Shown: piece after piece, positions 56,056-63,101 of the stretch | Layout of the letters: each line of letters opens with the position of its first letter | Numbering within the stretch: the stretch's first letter is position 1 | From: a virus | Taxonomy: Duplodnaviria; Caudoviricetes | Strand: one strand, 5' to 3' | Length of the DNA: 63,101 nt | IMG/VR virus record: IMGVR_UViG_3300025083_002903 | Location: 1 to 63,101 of that record | Notes under the pieces: model-generated | The model's database searches: none | Seen by the model: the letters and a program-made list of their open reading frames with translations, nothing else | What the model was told of the DNA's origin: nothing | Position numbers and translations under genes: made by a program

Positions 56056-57309
56056 TTAACCCCTTTTAATTTCTTCGATCTCTCTACGCAATTCTTTAAT
56101 AGCTTCAATCATTAGACCCATCATATTTCCATAGCGGACTGCATCGAAAGTGTCATTTTCTTCTTCTACTTGATATACGACTTCAGGTAAAACTTCTTTT
56201 ACTTCATCTGCCATCACACCAGTCATTCGATCTTTATCACCAATGTAATTAAATGTATAACCATTTAGCATTTCTACTTTGTCTAGTGCGTTTTCAAGTT
56301 TTTCTATATTTTCTTTTTTACGTCTATCAGAAAGACTAGCCTTGGCGGTGATATCACCTTTTACTTCTAAGGCTCCACTAGAATGGTTTAAAGAAAGAAT
56401 AGTTTGCGTTGCACCACTTGATATTTGAGACTTTATAGCAAAGTTCTTCTGCTTCATAAACAGTTCTGTTTCTTTATTAGTTTCAATCAGAAATTTTGTA
56501 TCATTAGTTGTTATAGAAGTAAATGCTGGGTCACTGCTTGCGTTGCCAACTGGACCCCATTGAAGATAAGCATCTTTGTTGAGTCTAAAATTACCACTAT
56601 CTTTAACAGCGTACCCATTAATTGGTAGATAATTCGAATCTGATTCAGCTTCAGTGTAATATCTTCCATCATGTGTGTGACTATCATTTTCAACTTCAAG
56701 GTTTACAGCTATTGGACTAACCTCACCACCTTGAATATCAAACTCTCCAGAAACATCACCAGAAAATTGAACTGTTGTAGCATTAGCCCATGTTGTGGCG
56801 GATGCTGCATTACCTAGCAATTGAGATGGTAAAATCGTATTAGATATTGTGAGGTTGTTACCGACTAGAGTACCAGAAATTCCATCTGGATTATCAGCTA
56901 ATTCTAAGCTATAGCCAATAGGATTGTTTATGATAGAAAATGAAGTATGAGTTGCATTTGTATTCATAGTATACTTTGTGGAATTTTCAAAGTCAAACTT
57001 GATACCAATTACACCTTCATTTGAACCATCGTCTGCTCTATTGAGGATAATGGAATCATTATTATCATGATTTAGTGTTATAGGTTTACTGATAGCAAGT
57101 CTTGTTGAAGAGATGCTATTTACATCAATCGTATCCACTGTCAACGTACCAGTTGAAGAAATGTTTCCGTCAATAACAATATTGCCAGCGTTGATTTCTG
57201 CGTTACCTATAGTAACTACGTCTTCAATCACGTCAATAATATCGTTGGTTGTAATTAACCAATCCTCAAATGTGTTTGAAATTATAAGTGGTGTTAGTGT
57301 TCTACTCAT
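56056..57309 (-). CDS. Distal tail fibre with C-terminal intramolecular chaperone (Peptidase S74)
   Basis: GDITAKASLSDRRKKENI...ALDKV...GVMADEVKEVLPEVV...VRYGNMMGLMIEAIKEL; N-terminal NTFEDWLITTN; HTH motif. Confidence 0.9.
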   Translation of the reverse strand: MSRTLTPLIISNTFEDWLITTNDIIDVIEDVVTIGNAEINAGNIVIDGNISSTGTLTVDTIDVNSISSTRLAISKPITLNHDNNDSIILNRADDGSNEGVIGIKFDFENSTKYTMNTNATHTSFSIINNPIGYSLELADNPDGISGTLVGNNLTISNTILPSQLLGNAASATTWANATTVQFSGDVSGEFDIQGGEVSPIAVNLEVENDSHTHDGRYYTEAESDSNYLPINGYAVKDSGNFRLNKDAYLQWGPVGNASSDPAFTSITTNDTKFLIETNKETELFMKQKNFAIKSQISSGATQTILSLNHSSGALEVKGDITAKASLSDRRKKENIEKLENALDKVEMLNGYTFNYIGDKDRMTGVMADEVKEVLPEVVYQVEEENDTFDAVRYGNMMGLMIEAIKELRREIEEIKRG

Positions 57310-57494
57310 GCGCTTTTCTCTTTAATAATTGATTGCAATTCCACTACAACTTCCTCTAAACTAGTAACTCTTTCATATAGTGTGTTAAACATTACTTCTC
57401 GCTCTTTTCTTTTTTTATGAGCTAACCAAGCTTGCTTATCCGAAGATACTAAAGCGTGTGAAGTTTTTTGTCTAGAAAAAGTTTCTTGTGTCAT
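57306..57494 (-). CDS. Small coiled-coil protein
   Basis: 62 aa; ATGA overlaps at both ends; SHALVSSD...coiled coil. Confidence 0.7.
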   Translation of the reverse strand: MTQETFSRQKTSHALVSSDKQAWLAHKKRKEREVMFNTLYERVTSLEEVVVELQSIIKEKSA

Positions 57495-60400
57495 GATACT
57501 GCTACTGCTCTATAATCCTTAACATATGGTGCCAAATGAATTCCAGTTGATTCTAATTGAATTTTCAATTGAAATGAAATATAATCTGCTTCTGATGTAG
57601 AAGGCAATTCATACTCATACTCTCTATAATCCTCGGTAGTTGCCAATGAACTGAATACACTAGTATTTAGATTAGTTAATTCTATCCATTCGCTAAACTC
57701 TTCTTCATTATTTTTATATTTAAATCTACTGTAAATCTTAACGTCTGTACCTTTAGGTCTATGTAGAGTGGTGAAAACGTTTAGTCCTTCAGCAGGAATC
57801 TTATCATCTAGTTTAACTTCTTTACTAACATAAGTCGAATTACCAAAATCTGCAAGAGTATATTGATATGCATTGATAAGACTAATAGCAGAGTCGAATA
57901 TAGGTGAAACGTTATCATCTACAGAGTTTAGCGAAACTCTAGCGATAAAGTCTTGGCTTGTCCCAGTAGCAACGTTTACTACATTTGATTGACTTCTAAT
58001 TACTCTTGGTGATTCCTGCATGTACTCTGTTGTATCATCAGAAAATGATTTATCAGGTAATACGCCATTAAACAATTGATAATCTATCGATGTTTTAATT
58101 GTATTTGCTGTGTAGAACAATGCTTTAAAGTAACTGAGTGGGATATCAATAACACCATCTACTGCAATGCTACATCTAGCTCCACTAGTTGCACCAATGA
58201 TGATATCACCGGCCTCAAAGTAGTTAGTAGTTGAAGCAGAACTTTTCTTAAGATGTAGCTGATCTGATCTAAATTTATTGTAGTAAGTTACAATACCACC
58301 TTTAACAAGAGTTACTTCTACTGGAGAACTCGTATCAAACTTACCAGATTCAGTACCAACAAGAAGAGGCTTCTTGATAATCATTACATCACCATCTGTA
58401 TTAATACTTACGATAGGTGAAAGATGAACTGAGTTACTTGTACTCTGTTCGATTAACACATATTGATTAGCAGCAAATGGGAATGCGTTATTGTTTGCTG
58501 TAGTAAGTTTTAGATAATTACTACCTTCGTCAGTACTATCTACAGTAATTGAAGATGTGATATTAACAGTAGGTACCGTTGAATATGCTATCTCATTTGG
58601 TAAGAAGACGCCATTAATATCTTCAATTTCAAAAAACTCCATGTTGTCAGGCATAAGATTAATGTGCGAGTCTAATGTAGAGAATGTATATCTATTAAGT
58701 CTAAACTTAATATCTTCATCTTGGTAAGACCTCCACGCAGAGTTATTTGTAGAAGTAAATAGAACACCTGTGCCCCAATCTTGAGACACCACACTACCAG
58801 AAGCTAGATCAAGTCCGCCAACCTTTGAAGTAAATATATTAAAGTTTGGGTTGTTACCATCTGGTATGACTACAAAACAATACTCACTATCTAGTGCTAG
58901 ACGTACTGGGTTAGGGAAATTAACAGTTGTTGCTACGCTACCATCCGAAGAGGTATTGATCACATCAACAATGTTACCATTAGCATCAAGTCTAGTTGAG
59001 TCTAAATGAACTTTACCGAATGGAAGAACGTTTTTAGTTGGATAACCATTTTCAACTTCACGCAATTCTACAGTAACACCTTGTGTTGAGTCTTTTGTTC
59101 TAAAGAATATATCTAAGGAATCGATTAGAACATACCCAGACCCAGCTGCCATTTCAGAACTAGTAAAGAATGTTTGTGCGATTGGATCTCCACCAATACG
59201 TCTCATTCTCGTACTAATTCCTGTTTGAATTGTTTGTGTGTCGAAGTTAACTGTTCTAGTAGTAACATTTAACGCACTTGTTGTCAAGTCTAAATTGTAT
59301 GCTCTGTAAATAAACTTAGCATAAGAAGTTCTTGCAGACAATAGAGATTCGTAAGATAATGCATCAGAGATTTCAAGTGCATTATCACCGATGTAGTAAG
59401 TGCTTGCCGGTATTCTAAACACTGCACTAATTCTACCAGTATTATCTGATAGTAATGCAATTTCACCGCTAATCGTTTCTCCGAATGATCCTAGAATTTC
59501 AATGTCATTAACATCAACTTGACCGTTTGCATCAGGATTTGGCATTGTGCCTTTTGCAACATGAGTAGTTACATCATCTTCTGCAAAGTAAAACTTGTGA
59601 AGAGTATTAGGTCTTAGGCCCCATACAAAAACTTTAACATCGTTTGTTTCAATAAAGCGATTAAACTGAACATCAGTAATAAAGTTCCCTACGTGTTGAT
59701 TGACATTAGATGTAGTACTACGTAGAGCTGTGGCAGTACTCACAAATGTATCAGTAGCCCAATTGCCTCTAACATCTGTTCTTGCAAGGGTAGTAGTTGA
59801 TTCTGAAGTAGTGTCGATAAATCCACTAGCATCTAAAGTATCAACTAAATTTAATAGTGGTGTTGCTATGTCAATATCAATATTAGATGGTGGTCCTGGT
59901 ATTCTATCAACCCCACTATCATATTCTGGGAAGATAGCACCTTGTCCAGTAAATAGGTAGAAGTTAGAAACACAGTTTCTAAATTGTGTTGCAAACCTTT
60001 GATTTAAAACACTTTCTGAACCAGTATTTGCTTTTGTGACAACATCTTTAAAGTAATCTACGTTATTACTATCTGTGTTAATATCACCTCTTTTTAGATG
60101 AACTGGAAACTCTCGTATTGCAGGAGTTAGTCTTTCACGACCTGTGTCAACTGCGGCTTGATGCTCTGCTGATGTTACATCTGCAATAGATAGATTTTTC
60201 ATGGGGTCAACTAAGAAGCCGTTCTTAAATCTATTGAGTCCACCGGCATCAGTGATAAGTAAATCTTTAGTATCTGTTTCTAAAAGACTTAATGTAGTAA
60301 TCTCAGTTATTGCATCAATCTTTTTAGCCATCCCATCAATCTCTTCCATAGTGTATCTTGGATGCGCTCTGTTTTCAACTTTAGCTGCATAGATGCCACT

Positions 60401-62896
60401 ATTTTCGATAGCATTACTAATTTGTTTTACTGATGCTAAATTTAGTTCATCAATAACTCCTGGTGCTGAAGGTACCAATGCTGGTTGACCCTGAATTAGT
60501 TTAACTTCACCATACATGTCAATTGCTACAGTGTCTTTTCTAGGCATGTAGTACTCAACACTAGCTGTAATTTCACTTACGTTTGCTACTGAAGTGATGA
60601 CAGTACCATCAATATTTTTTGCTTGACCTGCATACAATGAGTTCTGATACACACTACCTACTGGTGATACAACTGGCGCACTTGAGTCGCCTCCAGTGTG
60701 ATAGTTTACTAGAGGTACAACCGAAGGCCTAAAGTCAATACAAGATGAAAGCTCAAATGTAGTTCCGTTTAATGCTCTATATAAAGGTGTAGATGATATA
60801 TCAGTTGCGCTATAGCTACTACCAGTAAAGAAGCCTGCACCGTTATTTGTATTGTGTTTGTAACAAGAGAATGATACTAGTAAGTTAGAGTTTAGAACCA
60901 TGTTTAAAGTCTGACCAGTCTTCAACTCAATATAAGAATAGTCATACATACCATCTTTTTGATTTGATACTAATTTAAACTTATTGGTAACATCTTCGAT
61001 ATATGTAGTTTCTGGTGTACTACCAGAGGAATTGTAAATCCAAACTCTATCTAAAGCATATGCATCTGGTACACCTAAACTTGCTCTTGTCGCACCAGGT
61101 GTATCATCAACTGTGCTAACAGCAGTTTGAACTTTAACACTTATGTTTTCTTTAGTGTCTTGTGTAGTTGGTATAACTCTTTCATCAAAGTAAATTCTTG
61201 TTGTTTGAGGATTGACATTACTTTGTAGAGTTAATTGCAAGAAGGAATCACTATTCGAGTCTGTTACAATACCACTTGACGTTACATTAATTTTTGCATT
61301 ATTACCATCAATAACTAAAAAGTTATCATTATCAAGAGGTGTTCTAGTTCCAACGAATGGAATGTTTATTGTATTGGTAGTTGTACCTGTTGAAGCTGTG
61401 TAAAAAGTTCTACGTACATATGACAAATCATCTACTTCAGTAACACCGGATTGATTAAAGCTAAAGATCATCGGCGCAGATTCTGTCTCATTAAGACCAG
61501 GATCTACTGTACACTTTTCTACTGTGCTTGGACCAATACCTGTAATAGCTGTTTTTAGTTCATCATCATTTTTTCTTAGATTGTATACATAAATCTTACC
61601 ATCTTCAACATTAGATACAGAAGCTGAACCTATGATGTTATTACCATTATCGTAAAGATTATACTCTGTTCCATCTAAATCAAACTTAGTTACAATCCCA
61701 GAGGTTGTAAAGTAGTTACCATATCTTGCACCAACAGTTTGTTGTGTAAGCGTTTTAGTATTACTAAGGTTTGTTAGTGGTAGATATCTAGTAGCAAGAG
61801 TTTGTACTTCATAACCTCTTACATATGCTTTACCTGGAGATACTGTAACATATTGATTGTTTACACCACTCTCGTTAATTACTTGAGTGTTTACGTTAAA
61901 CCCACTTACAACATAGTTTCCCGATTCGTCATATGTTCTTCTTGCTAGATTATCATTGAGTACATTAAATTCGGTTGTATCTCGAATTTGAATTGCAGAC
62001 CCTCTCTTGTATCGAATGATAGCAAAGAACTCTTCTGGTTCTGCATTTTCTGCATACGAAACAAGTAATGGTTGCAACTTAAGTCTATCAGCACCAGGAG
62101 CATTAAGATTATTATAACCCTGAGCGTTATCTAAAAGTGTTTGGTCTTGATTAGAACTTACAATGGTCTCAACTATTGTAAAGCCAATTGATACATCATC
62201 TGGAACAGAGTTATACTTCTGAACGATAAGTGTTTGAGATGAGACGTAGTTGAAGTGACCTTTTTGGTAAACGATACCATCTTCAATAGTGACACCGAAA
62301 GAACGACCTACGTGATTAGTGAATGTAGTAACAGTTATGTTACCAACTCTATTACCATCTGGATCAAAGATTTCTAGCTCTTCGCCTGCTTCAAATTGAT
62401 CTAATGTAACATTAGCGCCTGTGGTCGTACCAGTATATTTGATGTAAAAAGTTTTTAAATCTGGTGAACGTGTTTCAAAGCCTTCTGATGCAGAAATGAT
62501 TTCCGCTTTAAGACCTGACGATGCACCTCTAACAGAGAAGAAACGTAAATCATCTTCGTTTACATCAGCAATACTTTCAGCTTCTAATGCTGTTGCTCTA
62601 TATGGTAAGAAAGAAATGAGACCATCACTAGCGCCTGTGATACCAGAAGTATCGTCATCTAATTTAACAAAGAAGATGTCTTGTAGTTCGTTAATGCTGA
62701 CACCTGTAATGATAGTGCCTTCTTTATAGATATTCGAACCAAATCTTTCAACTTGGCTTTGTAGCATTGTCTGCAATTGAGTTAGTTCACGGGCTTGCAC
62801 TGAACGTGCAGGTTTGAACAAGACACGCACGAATTGTTTTTCGATATCAAAATCGTCGAAATACGGATCTACATTTAAGTCTGTGTTAATACTCAT
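57491..62896 (-). CDS. DUF4815/VrlC-like large baseplate-associated structural protein
   Basis: LNVDPYFDDF...VLFKP..SVQARELTQLQ; APGADRLK; LARRTYDESGNY; RFKNGFLVD; DPIAQTF. Confidence 0.88.
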   Translation of the reverse strand: MSINTDLNVDPYFDDFDIEKQFVRVLFKPARSVQARELTQLQTMLQSQVERFGSNIYKEGTIITGVSINELQDIFFVKLDDDTSGITGASDGLISFLPYRATALEAESIADVNEDDLRFFSVRGASSGLKAEIISASEGFETRSPDLKTFYIKYTGTTTGANVTLDQFEAGEELEIFDPDGNRVGNITVTTFTNHVGRSFGVTIEDGIVYQKGHFNYVSSQTLIVQKYNSVPDDVSIGFTIVETIVSSNQDQTLLDNAQGYNNLNAPGADRLKLQPLLVSYAENAEPEEFFAIIRYKRGSAIQIRDTTEFNVLNDNLARRTYDESGNYVVSGFNVNTQVINESGVNNQYVTVSPGKAYVRGYEVQTLATRYLPLTNLSNTKTLTQQTVGARYGNYFTTSGIVTKFDLDGTEYNLYDNGNNIIGSASVSNVEDGKIYVYNLRKNDDELKTAITGIGPSTVEKCTVDPGLNETESAPMIFSFNQSGVTEVDDLSYVRRTFYTASTGTTTNTINIPFVGTRTPLDNDNFLVIDGNNAKINVTSSGIVTDSNSDSFLQLTLQSNVNPQTTRIYFDERVIPTTQDTKENISVKVQTAVSTVDDTPGATRASLGVPDAYALDRVWIYNSSGSTPETTYIEDVTNKFKLVSNQKDGMYDYSYIELKTGQTLNMVLNSNLLVSFSCYKHNTNNGAGFFTGSSYSATDISSTPLYRALNGTTFELSSCIDFRPSVVPLVNYHTGGDSSAPVVSPVGSVYQNSLYAGQAKNIDGTVITSVANVSEITASVEYYMPRKDTVAIDMYGEVKLIQGQPALVPSAPGVIDELNLASVKQISNAIENSGIYAAKVENRAHPRYTMEEIDGMAKKIDAITEITTLSLLETDTKDLLITDAGGLNRFKNGFLVDPMKNLSIADVTSAEHQAAVDTGRERLTPAIREFPVHLKRGDINTDSNNVDYFKDVVTKANTGSESVLNQRFATQFRNCVSNFYLFTGQGAIFPEYDSGVDRIPGPPSNIDIDIATPLLNLVDTLDASGFIDTTSESTTTLARTDVRGNWATDTFVSTATALRSTTSNVNQHVGNFITDVQFNRFIETNDVKVFVWGLRPNTLHKFYFAEDDVTTHVAKGTMPNPDANGQVDVNDIEILGSFGETISGEIALLSDNTGRISAVFRIPASTYYIGDNALEISDALSYESLLSARTSYAKFIYRAYNLDLTTSALNVTTRTVNFDTQTIQTGISTRMRRIGGDPIAQTFFTSSEMAAGSGYVLIDSLDIFFRTKDSTQGVTVELREVENGYPTKNVLPFGKVHLDSTRLDANGNIVDVINTSSDGSVATTVNFPNPVRLALDSEYCFVVIPDGNNPNFNIFTSKVGGLDLASGSVVSQDWGTGVLFTSTNNSAWRSYQDEDIKFRLNRYTFSTLDSHINLMPDNMEFFEIEDINGVFLPNEIAYSTVPTVNITSSITVDSTDEGSNYLKLTTANNNAFPFAANQYVLIEQSTSNSVHLSPIVSINTDGDVMIIKKPLLVGTESGKFDTSSPVEVTLVKGGIVTYYNKFRSDQLHLKKSSASTTNYFEAGDIIIGATSGARCSIAVDGVIDIPLSYFKALFYTANTIKTSIDYQLFNGVLPDKSFSDDTTEYMQESPRVIRSQSNVVNVATGTSQDFIARVSLNSVDDNVSPIFDSAISLINAYQYTLADFGNSTYVSKEVKLDDKIPAEGLNVFTTLHRPKGTDVKIYSRFKYKNNEEEFSEWIELTNLNTSVFSSLATTEDYREYEYELPSTSEADYISFQLKIQLESTGIHLAPYVKDYRAVAVS

Positions 62897-62913
62897 CTAT
62901 ACTTTCTCTCTTC

Positions 62914-63101
62914 TTAAAAGTCAAAAATGAATTTGATTTTTTCGGTTGTGTCTTCTTGTCTTGTGATCGGTTTAAAATTAGCAAAGTGATATAGTGTTCC
63001 ACTTAATGAAGCATACTCACCATTCGTAATACTATTTATTCTAAAATTAATACCGTCTGTTGTAGTGTAGTTTCTCTTAATTTTAGCTAATGGACTATTC
63101 G
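62914..63101 (-). CDS. gp8: Baseplate wedge subunit gp8-like, C-terminal fragment (absent from the ORF track)
   Basis: Manual translation ...SLSGTLYHFANFKPITRQEDTTEKIKFIFDF* matches the T4 gp8-type C-terminal pattern (SGxxxY...PIxR...QxExIxxxxxF). Confidence 0.75.
   Translation of the reverse strand, partial: NSPLAKIKRNYTTTDGINFRINSITNGEYASLSGTLYHFANFKPITRQEDTTEKIKFIFDF

Larger units (their letters stand above)
1..63101. mobile_element. Segment of a large T4-like myophage genome (baseplate, tail fibre and glycosylation region)
   Basis: gp8-like C-terminus followed by a DUF4815-like protein; many tail-fibre motifs; repeated TATAAATA late promoters; dense, nearly unidirectional coding; no cellular housekeeping genes. 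Confidence 0.95.

Noticed and set aside
54-62729. Numerous short ORFs on the plus strand or in alternate frames in the ORF track
   Set aside because: They lie inside long, motif-rich minus-strand genes and look like antisense or frame shadows caused by codon bias
1-63101. Diversity-generating retroelement or shufflon acting on fibres (Mtd_N-like domains, many paralogues)
   Set aside because: No reverse transcriptase, recombinase, adenine-mismatched TR/VR pair or inverted crossover sites seen; Mtd_N is only an N-terminal assembly domain
1-63101. tRNA, rRNA, introns or inteins
   Set aside because: Intergenic gaps are all under ~90 nt, and no tRNA, splicing or homing-endonuclease motifs were recognised

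Overview
The window is a ~63 kb AT-rich segment of a large T4-like myophage genome, probably marine; the host cannot be determined from the sequence. It covers the baseplate/tail-fibre region. Almost all genes are on the minus strand, and (T/C/G/A)ATAAATA T4-type late promoters sit in most intergenic gaps. Reading in the direction of transcription (right to left): the end of a gp8-like baseplate wedge gene; a DUF4815/VrlC-like structural protein; an S74-chaperone tail fibre with a gp38-like polyglycine adhesin; a block of very large structural proteins including an LRR protein and one inverted PA14-like gene; Mtd_N-type fibres; a Cys-sprinkled YadA-like fibre; a cassette of ADP-heptose biosynthesis genes (hldC-, hldA-, hldD-like plus a cupin) and three glycosyltransferase genes (GT9-like, GT4+GT2, GT2) behind a near-consensus sigma70 promoter; and an array of modular fibre/receptor-binding genes (YadA-like repeats, five 5-repeat beta-propellers, cupredoxin-like, collagen, Gly-rich). 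The best candidate for a new system is phage-encoded glycosylation (heptosylation) of its own autotransporter-like fibres, possibly on the many unpaired cysteines. A second striking pattern is that fibre paralogues come in four sets of three. All product calls are motif recognition by eye; no database search was run.
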